Origin: Pavona decussata | Taxonomy: Eukaryota | Direction: 5' to 3' | NCBI GenBank assembly: GCA_977016875.1 | Contig: CDRNST010000318.1 | Coordinates: 248,001 to 312,000, forward strand | DNA: 64,000 nucleotides | Part shown: positions 1 through 11,210 of the stretch, piece by piece | Layout: each line of letters opens with the position of its first letter | Position numbering within the stretch: position 1 is the stretch's first letter | Translations under genes and position numbers: made by a program | The notes under the pieces: generated by a model | Databases searched by the model: none | Told to the model about the DNA's origin: nothing | The model's input: only the letters and a program-made list of their open reading frames with translations

Positions 1-481
1 GCACATTTCTCCTCCCGTTATTTGTTGTGAAAATGTTACTTAAGCCTCAAGGCTGTTTAAATCAGATGTTTGAAAAAGAGAACTTAATACAGTCGGTACA
101 CGAGCAATATTTGATGCGTTTATGGATAAACTGACAAGGTCCATCGTATTAAAGCTTGAATAACGCGTTGCGTGATGACCTGGGGAGTGTTGACGTTAGC
201 CTGTTTCATTTATTTTTTAGAAATGGAAATGTTGATAATCACGCGAGCGACGACGAGTGACATGACAGATCGTTGACTTGCAAAACAATGTTTGTAATAC
301 CTCAGGAAACATTCCAACACACCGTAGTATTGCAAAAATGGCCATTCTGCTGCTGTAGCGTCCCATTTTTGTTGTACATAGACGTATTCAATAAGAAACT
401 TACTGTATTTGCCAATGAATAGATCATTAAAGAGGGGAAAAGTGCTGTAAGGTAAAAAACAAAGAGATGATCAAATGCCCC
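1..481. repeat. Block C of a diverged local duplication (second copy 9562-10017)
   Basis: Direct match from gcacat..ctcc to gagatgatcaaatgcccc in both copies, with scattered substitutions and a roughly 28-nt indel. Confidence 0.9.
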
Positions 482-521
482 GATGAAGAGGGTCCTAAGT
501 CGGGTATAGCGCGAAAAGAAA

Positions 522-2060
522 AATGATGAACGTTGTTGAAGCTTCCTTTCATCAGAAAGAACAATTGAGTCTTTGGTATGCTACTAAATGCAGTCTGAAC
601 ACAAAAGTATAAAAAAACAGCTTCCTTAATCGTCGCCTTTTAAGATAAATTACAAACCACAACCTCAGTTGTTCCGAATCACAGACGTAAACGTTAACCA
701 TAAATTAACCTATAGGAATATTTGTGATTTCGTAGTAAACATCGTTATCAATTTATTACAAGCTAGCATTCATCCACAACCTTGTAATTATTTAGTACAT
801 CAACAAAACCGGCAGAGTCAACACAAAAGCAGTTACCTCAAGCTGCAGCGATTGACGTTCTTCTTGAAAAGATTCTTTCTCAATACGACTACTGAATACT
901 TTTCGAACCCAACGTCACACACAAATTGATTATACGAAGAGTTTAAATAATGGAAATTGCTTCACTTGCAAATTTAAACTGCAGAGAATAAAATGGTACA
1001 AAACGATGAACGTTGTTGAAATTTTGTCAGCTAAAAAATCAGTGAAGTCTTTGATATGTTACGAAACGCAGTCTAACTCAGAAGTATATAAAAAAAAATC
1101 GACGTTTTTTCAATTAATGCCAGTTGAGATAAATTGCAAACCACAACCTTGCCGCGAATCACATGAGTGAACGTAAACTCTGAATAAACCGAGATCTGCA
1201 GTACACGTTTCGCATATTTGTCATTTCGTACAGAATACCCAGGGGCACCCAATGGAATATTTCGGTAAAACATCTGTTGGGATGGAAGGTCCCCTGAAAA
1301 TTTCGAAAGTTTTTTTCTAACGATGCCCTAGACTTTTCGAGGGTTTTCGGAAAACCATCAAGTTGCCCTAGAATCTTCGGAAATGATGTGCTCACGTTTT
1401 ATAACTCACATAATTTTCAAATGGTTAGTTTTGTCCGCTAAAATTTTCGTCCGTCGTAACTATTCTAAAAGCTGACAAAATTTCCGGTGAGGAATTGAGG
1501 TATTATCAGGAATTTACATTATTTAGCTCCGACCGTGTGTATAATTTTATCCCTTAACGTTTTTGGAGAAAAAGGTTTTACGCCTATAATATTCGGAGCT
1601 TTTGTATTCCCTAAAATTTTCGCTTAATTTTGGTAGTCACAGGTATAGCCAAAAGCGCCCCCTAAAATTTTCTAATGAAACTATGACCATTACGTGTCCT
1701 AGAATGTTCTGCAAGACCTATCAGGATGGCTAAAACTTTCAGATGAGACAAAAAAGCCCCTCAGACTTCCCACACGACCAAAGTTCCCCTAGCATATGCG
1801 AACAGATAAATATTTTTAGGGCAGCTCCAAATTTCCCAAACAGGCTTCTAAAGCAAACAGAGATCCATTTTAGGCACTTCTGACTTATTTAGGAAGATTT
1901 GGTCGTTGGGTGCTCCTGAATACCGCTATTACAAGCTATATCAACCAAACAGAGTCTAGGTAAAAGCAGTTACCTCAAGCAGTAATTGATGTCCTCCTCG
2001 AAAGGGATCTCTAAATACGACTAATGAACACGTTTCGAACTCAACGCCAATCGCAAACTA
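522..2060. repeat. Diverged tandem duplication (522-930 vs 1004-1230 plus 1925-2060); second copy interrupted by a MITE
   Basis: Shared motifs gatgaacgttgttgaa, aaaccacaacct, attacaagcta and aaaagcagttacctcaagc occur in the same order in both copies. Confidence 0.8.
1240..1918. mobile_element. Non-autonomous DNA transposon (MITE) with 13-bp TIR and 6-bp TSD AATACC
   Basis: Left end caggggcacccaa and right end ttgggtgctcctg match at 12/13 as inverted repeats. aatacc at 1234-1239 and 1919-1924. Absent from the paralogous block. Confidence 0.85.
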
Positions 2061-2117
2061 CAATTGTTACCATTTAACTAAACGTTTAACTTGCTATTCG
2101 CCGTCTTTATCAACGTA

Positions 2118-2250
2118 GATTGCACCATTTCAACGTAACCTTGTGCCCAGATTGATTGCACCATTTCAGTGTAAACTTGTACCCAGATTGATTGCACAAT
2201 CACAAAGTAACATTGTACCCAGATTGTTTGCACCATCACAACGTAACTTG
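2118..2250. repeat. 36-bp minisatellite, about 3.7 copies
   Basis: Unit gattgcaccatttcaacgtaaccttgtgcccagatt repeats with variation; it explains the 12-aa periodic ORF 2078..2272. Confidence 0.85.
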
Positions 2251-2335
2251 TTTTCATAGCAGGTAATAACATAATTGATTTTTCGCTTCAAACACGGTAC
2301 ATTATCCCTCGGCCAGAATGCACATAAACTTGCAA

Positions 2336-2805
2336 AGATAGCATTTCATATTGACTAAGCTTGTTAACGGATCGTTTATTGAGTGAAATTATGACTTTTC
2401 AAAGGTTAATTTTCAGTCAATTTCAAAAGTTGCTAATGATATCGTAATCGTAAGGTCACAGCAATTTCAGAGATAGCGGAAATTCTCGTGAAGCAATCTG
2501 AGCTGAAAGAAAAAAGCATCACTCAGGCTAAAGATAACGGATATCATCCAAATTCATAAAATCCTATCAGCGTTTTCCATGTGTGCAATGCAATAGTAGT
2601 ATGAGTCACAAAGATAGCGTTCAGTTGTTTCACCCACTGACGTTTTCGTCAGATACCCCTCCTACCGGTCTGTTTGACGAAATTCTCATCTTTTGTTATT
2701 GCATGAAATCACAGCTAACGAAACTAGAGGCGAACGTCATATACTTACTGTTGGTAGCTTTCTTGAGGAACAAATGACCGCAGAAAACAAAGTATTTAGT
2801 TAGTC
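2336..2805. repeat. Block A, duplicated at 8979-9429 on the other side of the LTR element
   Basis: agatagcatttcatattgactaa ... ccgcagaaaacaaag..ttagttagtct in both copies, diverged. Confidence 0.9.
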
Positions 2806-2837
2806 TTGCAAGCTTATGTGCACTCTGGAGGGATGAT

Positions 2838-3168
2838 TGTTGAGAACTTAGCCCCGTCCACTAGGGTTTCTTCCCGAACTTATAACTACGACAATCAGTA
2901 GAGTCGATTGTACCACTCTTTTTTTAATCTCTTCTGGTTCACGTATCAGTATTCACTTTTACAACAGGCGTGTAAGAGCTACTCTGAACACACACAAAAA
3001 AACGCTTGGTTTTACACGGGTACATTAGGAATCTGATTGGTCGTTGCTAGGTGATAATCAAAAAAGGTCAATCAAATGTCTGTCACCAAAATGTTCATTG
3101 TCTCTTGATGTCTAGACTTATTTCAAACAACTGTCACGCGCGCACACGAAGTCATTAAGTCTCCGACA
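2838..3168 (-). repeat. 3' LTR (TG...CA)
   Basis: tgttgagaac...ctccgaca, adjacent to the purine tract at 3169-3178 on the minus strand. Confidence 0.95.
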
Positions 3169-3295
3169 CACTCCCCCATGCAGCATTGTATGCAAGGGTG
3201 CATTTACTTAGGAGACTTAAAGAAAACTATAAGACGATTCCAAAACGAGGAAAAAGTCAAATCAAAAAATTTGCTACCAATCACTTTTTTCAAGT

Positions 3296-6200
3296 TCATA
3301 ATTGTTCAGTTTCTTCATCATCCGCAATTTCCTTGATTCTCTCAGCTGCCGCAGCCGCAGCGGCTCTTCTCGGTCTGAAAATTGGCGCGTCAGAGTTCAA
3401 CTGCTGTTCTGCTCCTGCTGGAACTGTGGGCTCACACTGCAACTCTAGGGGATAGAGGTGCTGAACAGGACGCTCTAAGACTCCTTTACTTGTTCTCAGC
3501 TGCACTGCACGGATGTGGCCGTCACGTCCTGGATAAGTCTGCTGGACAACCGCTAGTGGCCATTTTCCGCGATTCTTGGTGTCAGATCGCACTAACACTG
3601 TGTCGCCAACTCTGACTTGGTAGTTAGCTGTCTTGTGGACAAGGTTATGGCGCTCTCTCAAGGGTCTCAGGTATTCACGCTGCCATCGGTTCCACATGTG
3701 ATTTTTGCAAGTCTGCAAGAATTTGGCTCGTTTCCGCAAATTCGTGTCTTCAATTCTCCAGGTCTGTTCCTCAGGAAGCTGGTTAGTTCGCTGGAACATA
3801 AAACTGGCTGGTGTCAGGATCGGTAACTCTACATCGTCTTCAACGTAACTGAGTGGGCGACGGTTCACTTGAGTCTCTACATCAAGGAGCACTTCAGTTA
3901 GTTCATTCCAGGACAGGGTAGCTCCCCCTATCACCTTGTACATCGTTGTCTTGACGATACCGATTAAGCGTTCAAATTGGCCGCCCCACCAAGGGGCGCG
4001 GCTGAGATTGAATTTCCACTGTATGTCATGGGACTCAAGGAAGCCTTGAAACTGCTCGTCACTTCGTACTTGCTTTAACCACTTGGCTGCCTTGACAAAT
4101 GTGCTGCCATTATCAGAGTAAATGACAGTCGGGCGTCCTCGTCTGGCTATGAGGCGTTTAAGACAGGGCAGGAACGTACTAGTTTCCAGGTTGAGAACCA
4201 GCTCTAGGTGTACCGCTCTTGATAGACTGCACGAGAATATCACCAAGTATGCTTTCCCTTGTCGTTTCTGGTTCAGTTTGTAGCAGATTGGTCCTGCGAA
4301 GTCGGTTCCGATGACCTCAAATGCTGCTCCACCATGAGTACGGTCTGTGGGTAGTGGTCCAGGGGGTGGTACTGTTAAAGGTAACACTCTGAAGCGTTTA
4401 CAGCCCCAACACGCAGATCGCACAGACTTCACTATCTGTCTCAGAGTTGGGATCCAGTATTCTTCACGGATCGCTGCCATGGTGAGGGACACGCCCCCAT
4501 GTAAGGTCTCGGCGTGAATCCGCTGTACAAGTTTCCTGGTGAATAGGCTGTCGGCTGGCAAATAGACTGGGTACTGTCCTTGGATTCTGCCATGACATTC
4601 TAGCACTCCGTCGGCATTTGGAACGAGGTTGAGCGTACGCCTGGTCTGTTGAAAGTGAGGCTTCTGTGTGTCTTGGGACTGGACTCTTTTGATCCACCAA
4701 TTCCTCGTCTCTTGTAAGTCTTCATTTGTTAGAGGTCCTTTGCGTGCTCTGTGAGTTGTGAAACGTCGCACCCAAGCTTGGATGCGCAGAGTTCGACGGA
4801 GGTCATGGCGCTCGAGTAGTTCGACGAACACGTTTCGTTCTTGTTTAGGCTTTTCATTTGCTAGGCTAAGCACTTCTCTAATTACTTTCGCCTCTTCTTC
4901 TGACGCTTGAGTTTTCATTGTGACTGGATTCTCTGGCCACATTTCAGGATCACGTAGCCACGTCGGTCCATTCCACCAGAGCTCTGCATTGGCAACCTGG
5001 CCTCCTCGGCTCGCCAGGTCTGCTGGGTTGTCAGTAGTGGGCACATGCCTCCACTGGATCTGTGAGTGTTGTCTTATCTTCTGCACGCGGTTGGCGACAA
5101 ACTGTCGGTACTGGCCATTTCCTACAATCCAGTGGAGGGCGACGGTGCTGTCCAACCAACCGTAGACCGTGGGCTCAGGTAGGTCTCTCAGTGCGTTTCT
5201 CACGTTTGCAACTAAATTGGTAGCCATGTGTGCGCTGACCAACTCCAACCTTGGGACGCTTAGTTCCTTCTTGGCTAATCTTGATTTCGCTGTAACAAGG
5301 GTTTGAGTGATTCCGTCTTCTTGACGTACGACTGAGTACACTACTGCTCCGACCCCATGGGTTGACGCATCTCCAAAGACATGCAACTCAACTGAATTAA
5401 CCGGTTGCTGGTACAGTGCTAATGCTCTTCGTGTGGTTACTTCCGCCGGAAGTGACTGCTCCCACTTCTGCCAGCGTGTGCGGAGATTCTCTGGGATAGT
5501 TGCGTCCCAAGATACTTTGTAGTCGCACGCTTCACGATATATTTGTTTCCCTTGCAGCGTAGTAGGGGACGCTAGACCGAGGGGGTCATAGACTTTCGCT
5601 AGTTTGGATAGGATTTCACGTTTTGTCGGTGCGCTACTTTCACTTGGGAACTGCACGGAGATAGTATCTTCAGATTTGTTCCACTTCACACCCAACAGCT
5701 TAGTTTCACTTGGCTTGTTTAATAATTGCTGTTTGGCATAGGACTGATCTTCACTTGTTTCAGGTTGGGAGCTGTCTTCTCCTTGTGTAGGTTGAGGATT
5801 GCCTTCTAGCTGAGGATAGTTTGAGTGCCACTTGTGAAGCTCAAATGTAGCGTCGCTCATGATCTCTTGCGCGAGTTTCTTGCGTGTTTGTGCTTGTTTT
5901 ACATCTTGACCGCCTGTCAACAGGTCATCGACGTAGAAGCTTCGGCGTAGTCGCTCTGCCTCCTCCGGGTATTTCTCAGCCCAGGTGTCGAGATGACATT
6001 CAAGAACCCCGCCTAGTAGAAAGGGCGAGGGGGCGAGCCCGAAGAGTACTCTCGTGAATCGGTATGTCTGCACGTCGGAGTTGAGATCAGCTTGCCAATG
6101 GAAACGGAGTGCATCTCGTTCAATCTCGTGAATCCGGATTTGTAAGAAAGCTTTCTTAATGTCCCCCGCTAAGACTACTGGGTAGGCTCTCTGCTGGATG

Positions 6201-7388
6201 AGTACGTCCCATAGTTTGTTTTGCAGTGCAGGTCCTGGGTACAGGCAATCGTTCAGTGATGGTGCATCGGGTGTCGCTCGAGCGGAGGCGTCATAGACGA
6301 TTCGCATCTTTGTAGTTTCGGCGGACTTGCGTATTACGCTCTTGTGAGGGATGTAAAATTCTTTCAGTGGTTGTGCAGGTGAGATAGGGGGTGCCTTTTC
6401 GATGACGCCTTCTGTCAGCTGCTCTTGAATTATCGCGTCGTATTGTTCCGTTAATCCATCGCGCTGAAGTTTTCTGCTAAGATTCTTGAGTCGTTTTAAG
6501 CTCCCTTCCTTGTTCGAGGGCAATTCTGTGTGGTTAGCTTTCCACGGGAGGGTGGTCTCGTACCAGCCCTCTGGCGAGCGCGTCAAACGTTCTTTAAACT
6601 CGTCAAACACCATTGACTGGTCATGATCTGGCATGTCACGCAATCCCAAAACGTCCAGCCTGCACAGTTCTTCATAGTTGCTTTGACTTGTCTGGGTGAG
6701 CAGCATGGTGTTCTTGTCAAACTCCGTTCCCGGGGACATTAGGAACCATCCGAACTTAGTGAGTTCCGCGATTGGGTCATTTTCTTGCCCGATTCTCGGC
6801 TTTGTTTCAGTTTTAATTCTAGCGTACTCCCCGCTGCCAAGCACCACATGAACTGGTAGAGACGCTTTTGTGTCATCATCGTTTACATTAACACCTTTCA
6901 AATGCGAGTACTTGGCAATTAGCGCGCGATAATTGGGGTTTCCAATGGACAACAGTTCTGTCTTGTCTACTTTGGTCGCTTTGACTGACAGCGAGAACTG
7001 ATGGTTGACAGCTTGTAACTGGAGATCGTAGACTTCGAGTTTGGCAACTTTTGAGGTCATTAGCATATCTATCGTTTTCGTCTGGGCTTCAGTGGGCTTC
7101 ACGCGAAGTAATTCGATCAGTTTCGCTGATACGTACGAGCTCCCAGCTCCAGAATCGATAAGCGCTCGGCACTTGATACCATTGACTTCAATCACAATCA
7201 CAGGGAACAGACCTTCGCCGGTTTGGTTTGTTGTCAAGGCGACTCCTCTTGCAGGCGTTGGTTGATTAGACTCCTGGGTGGGCGTTTCACAAATGGACGT
7301 GCGGTGACGCTTGTGGCATTGTTGACAGCCGGATCTGCTGGGACAATAGATGGCGCGATGGTTTCCTAGGGTACAATTAAAACACAGG
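3296..7388 (-). CDS. BEL/Pao pol: last two zinc knuckles, aspartic protease, RT, RNase H, DDE integrase
   Basis: Motifs LIDSGAG, DIKKAFLQ, FYVDD, LHVFGDAS, W.DS, NPAD, H..HGG..C..C, DFAGP, SDNG, GGQFER and RPVQHLYPLE. The frame is open upstream of 7237 back to LCFNC at about 7388. Confidence 0.95.
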
Positions 7389-8526
7389 CTTGTCTTCGAT
7401 CAGCGACACTTGCTATTTTAGTACATTCGGCGGCTCTGTGATCTTCACCGCAGTAAACGCAAGGCCAACAGCGGGGCTTCGAGTCGGCGTCGCGTCGCGC
7501 ATGAAAAATTCTTGAAGGGCGTATCGGGGGGCGCATGTTCCTTTTCACTTGTTGTTGTTCTTGCTCACGTTCGCGTTGGCTTGTGTCAACTGGATTTCTT
7601 CTTATCCACAGACGAAGAGCTTCGGACAGTTGTGGGAAGTCCCATTTCTCCCAGTCTGGATCGGTCCGGACCAGATCTCCCCGGATTGCTGGCAACTTGT
7701 CTAGCGTCATGGACACCGCCCCATTCACTTGCTCGAGTTTCTTCATTGTCTGCAACGCTTGTACACAATATGTTAGCTTCTCGCCAAATTCGCAGATTTT
7801 CTTCGGACTCGCGTTCGGTACTGTAGGCAGATCCAAGATTTCTTTCGTGTAGGCCTTGACTATCTCGGACTCCTTTCCGTATTTCTCTTGCAGGATACTC
7901 TTCGCCCTATTGTATCCTTCGGAAGTGAAGGGCAGTGCTTCGATTGAGCGCTTCGCCTTAGTGTCCAAGAGTTCTCTTAAATACGAAAACTTGGTAATCG
8001 CTGCTACACTTGTTTTGTCAATCGTTTCCGAGAACTGTCCCCAGAATCGCGGCCAGTCGATGAAGCTTCCGTCAAATTTTATAATCACCAGTTTCGGTAA
8101 TTTCGCTTGTATGCCCGCGCTAGGTGTCGTGGCTTGTTGGGGGTGTGGCGCAGTTTGGATCTCTGCCTGCATCTCTAGCTTCGTTTTATGAAACTTCAGT
8201 TGCTCTTCTTGGGCAATCGCTTGCGCTTCTCTTTTTCGTTCTTCGATCCATGTGCGCGCTTTCTCTACTTCGCAGTCCGCTTTTCCCAGTTGTGCGTCGA
8301 TCTCAGTGTTCCAAGCCTCGATGTCTGTAATCTCTTCTTTCTTTCCGATTTTTGTCGCTTCCAATTCCAGACGCATTCGATTTATTTCAGTAGTGAGGGA
8401 CCGTAAAGACGAAAGATGTCTCTCAATGGCTTCTGCGTTTTCTGCTTCTAGAACAGTGTTCGTTTTTCCGATAGTCATTTTTAGCTGGGTGAACTTGATG
8501 TCCAAACTTGCTTCGGTCGCCTCCAT
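7366..8526 (-). CDS. BEL/Pao gag, terminated early by a frameshift
   Basis: KLPKL..KFDG...W..FW.QF and KFSYLRELL motifs plus a CVYC..H....C knuckle. Confidence 0.9.
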   Translation of the reverse strand: MEATEASLDIKFTQLKMTIGKTNTVLEAENAEAIERHLSSLRSLTTEINRMRLELEATKIGKKEEITDIEAWNTEIDAQLGKADCEVEKARTWIEERKREAQAIAQEEQLKFHKTKLEMQAEIQTAPHPQQATTPSAGIQAKLPKLVIIKFDGSFIDWPRFWGQFSETIDKTSVAAITKFSYLRELLDTKAKRSIEALPFTSEGYNRAKSILQEKYGKESEIVKAYTKEILDLPTVPNASPKKICEFGEKLTYCVQALQTMKKLEQVNGAVSMTLDKLPAIRGDLVRTDPDWEKWDFPQLSEALRLWIRRNPVDTSQREREQEQQQVKRNMRPPIRPSRIFHARRDADSKPRCWPCVYCGEDHRAAECTKIASVADRRQACVLIVP

Positions 8527-8626
8527 TTCTTCGTTCTTCACTCGGACAGCAAAAAATCAGGACTAATTATACTTACAAACTGGTCCTTATTCCTTCTTCA
8601 GTAATCCCGTTGCCGGAGGTGCCACG

Positions 8627-8956
8627 TGTTGAGAACTTAGCCCCGTCCACTAGGGTTTCTTCCCGAACTTATAACTACGACAATCAGTAGAGTCGATTGT
8701 ACCACTCTTTTTTTAATCTCTTCTGGTTCACGTATCAGTATTCACTTTTACAACAGGCGTGTAAGAGCTACTCTGAACACACACAAAAAACGCTTGGTTT
8801 TACACGGGTACATTAGGAATCTGATTGGTCGTTGCTAGGTGATAATCAAAAAAGGTCAATCAAATGTCTGTCACCAAAATGTTCATTGTCTCTTGATGTC
8901 TAGACTTATTTCAAACAACTGTCACGCGCGCACACGAAGTCATTAAGTCTCCGATG
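8627..8956 (-). repeat. 5' LTR (outer terminal dinucleotide lost)
   Basis: Matches the 3' LTR except for one A in an A-run and the outer end (ctccgatg instead of ctccgaca). Confidence 0.93.
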
Positions 8957-10307
8957 TACGGTGTTTTGAGCGAAGATCAGATAGCATTTCATATTGACTA
9001 AACTTGTTAAGAGATCATTTATTGAGGGAAATTATAACTTTTCAAAGGTTAATTTTCAGTCAATTTCAAAAGTTGCTAATGATATCGTAATTGAAGATCA
9101 CAGCAATTTCAGAGATAGCGGAAATTCTCGTAAAGCAATCTGAGCTGAAAGAAAAAAAGCATCACTCAGGCTAAAGATAACGGATATCAACCAAATTCAT
9201 AAAATCCTATAAGCGTTTTCCATGTGTGCATGCAATAGTAGTATGAGTCACAAAGATAGCGTTATGTTGTTTCACCCACCGACATACCCCTCCTGTTTGA
9301 CGAAATTCTCGTCTTTTGTTATTGTATGAAATCACAGCTAACGAAACCAGAGGCGAACGTCATATACTTACTGTTGGTAGCTTTCTTGAGGAACAAATGA
9401 CCGCAGAAAACAAAGGGATTAGTTAGTCTGAAGTATCTGTTTGTGCGACGTCAGGCGACAATTGAAAATGAAAGTAATTTGTTCTTTTAGGATATTTATT
9501 CTCTGACGTATGCGTCTATTTTCACAAAAATAATCAAAAGGTCAAAAATGCGCAATGACCCGCACATATCTCCACCGCTATTTGTTGTGAAAATGTTACT
9601 CACGCCTCAAGGCTGTTTAAATCAGATGTTTGAAAAAGAGAACTTAATACAGTCGGTACACGAGCAATATTTGATGCGTTTATGGATAAACTGACAAGGC
9701 CTATTGTATTAAAGCTTGAATAACGCGTTGCGTGATGACCCGGGGAGTGATGACGTTAGCCTGTTTTATTTTTTTAATTTTAGAAATGGATGAGTGACAT
9801 GACAGATCGTTGTCTTGCAAAACAATGTTTGTAATACCTCAGGAAACATTCCAACACACCGTAGTATTGCCAAAATGGCCATTCTGCTGCTGTAGCGTCC
9901 CATTTTTGTTGTACATAGATGTATTTAATAAGAATCTTACTGTATTTGCCAATGAATAGGTCATTAAAGGGGGAAAATTGCTGTAACAAAAAAAACAAAG
10001 AGATGATCAAATGCCCCAGGGTAAATGGGTATTAACAAGTCTAATGCTCGACTACCGGAATGGACAGTGTGGGAAAATACCCAGTTATTTCCCGGGAGAG
10101 GGGGTGTCAGTCTCCCATCGTGTATCTAAAACTGTCCAACAAAGCACGATTTTTCTCGCCAGGAACTATCCAATTTCCACCGTTTTAAATGTCGACTGCT
10201 TCTTTGATGTTATTCTTTTGATTTACCGCTTCAAAATGGTTGCTTCGCAGATTGATAAAACTATCCTTGCTAATGGAATAGTTTGAGTAACGATGATCGC
10301 GTTCCAT

Positions 10308-10560
10308 TACGATAAAAAGAAAAAAAAAGAAATCGACCCGTTTTTAGACACGGTATGCCCCTTCAGGGCATCCTGCGTAAATATTGTACATACGGTTAAT
10401 TATTACTTGTAACTCGTGATAAGCATGTGACTTTCGTTTTCAAGATCATTTAGTCTCTAATTTCGTTCACTACACATTATTGTACAACTTGTTACGCGGG
10501 ATGCCCTGAGGGGGCATACCGTGTCTAAAAACGGGACGATTTCTTTTTCTTCGTCGTAGC
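10308..10560. repeat. Long inverted repeat (hairpin), probably a non-autonomous transposon
   Basis: gaaatcgacccgtttttagacacggtatgcccc..cagggcatcc..gcgtaa..ttgtaca (about 10329-10390) is the reverse complement of about 10481-10545. Confidence 0.8.
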
Positions 10561-11210
10561 TACAAATCGCCACATTAATTTATTCATTAAACTCTCCCCT
10601 CTCCTACTCGGGATGTATTCTTCTGATTGTCTTCAACAACAGCCCGCCAATCAAAATCCATTCTTGTCGCTTATATCGCGAGGGAGGGGACCCACTCACC
10701 CCTACCTGTGTGACGTCAATGCATCATTTGATCTATTTATTAAAGACAGATTAAATTGTCGCGCATATTGTCTTAACATGTTGTGGACTCAAGTGTGCCG
10801 TTTTCAAACGGAAATTTCACCATTTTGAAGCAGTAAATCGAAAGAATAACTTCTAAGAAGCACCCGACAGGTAAAACGGTGGAAATTGGTGAGTTCTTAG
10901 CGAAGGAATCGTGCTTTGTTTGACAGTCTTAGATCAAACACGCGAGACTGAAAAGAGGTCATTGAGAAGCTTACGTTATCGTAATGGAATTTCACGAATT
11001 TCCGCTGATAGTCTGAGTCGCGTAACACAAGGGAAGCAACGTAACGCGATCGTCGTGACTCAAACTATTCCATTAGCAAGGATAGTTTTATAAATCGGCG
11101 AAGCATACAGTTGGAATAAATGAATCAGCCCCAGCATCACGCGTTATGCCAGTATAACAGGCATCTTGTTCTGGTTTATTTCTTCTCTTCGAGAGTATTT
11201 CGTCTTCATA

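Larger units (their letters stand above)
2838..8956 (-). mobile_element. Full-length BEL/Pao LTR retrotransposon, frameshifted between gag and pol
   Basis: Near-identical LTRs of about 330 bp (2838-3168, 8627-8956). PBS-like TGGCACCTCCGGCAACGGGA next to the 5' LTR and PPT GGGGGAG next to the 3' LTR (minus strand). Domain order gag-PR-RT-RH-IN. Confidence 0.97.

Noticed and set aside
478-516. Possible hammerhead (cgatgaag...cgaaa)
   Set aside because: The core lacks CUGA and no stems I or III can be formed.
2078-2272. ORF with a 12-aa repeat, or a CRISPR-like array
   Set aside because: A 36-bp minisatellite with no unique spacers and no cas genes, in a eukaryotic context.
7366-7400. Programmed ribosomal frameshift between gag and pol
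   Set aside because: BEL/Pao elements normally have one ORF, and the shift falls between zinc knuckles where several residues are missing, which indicates a deletion.
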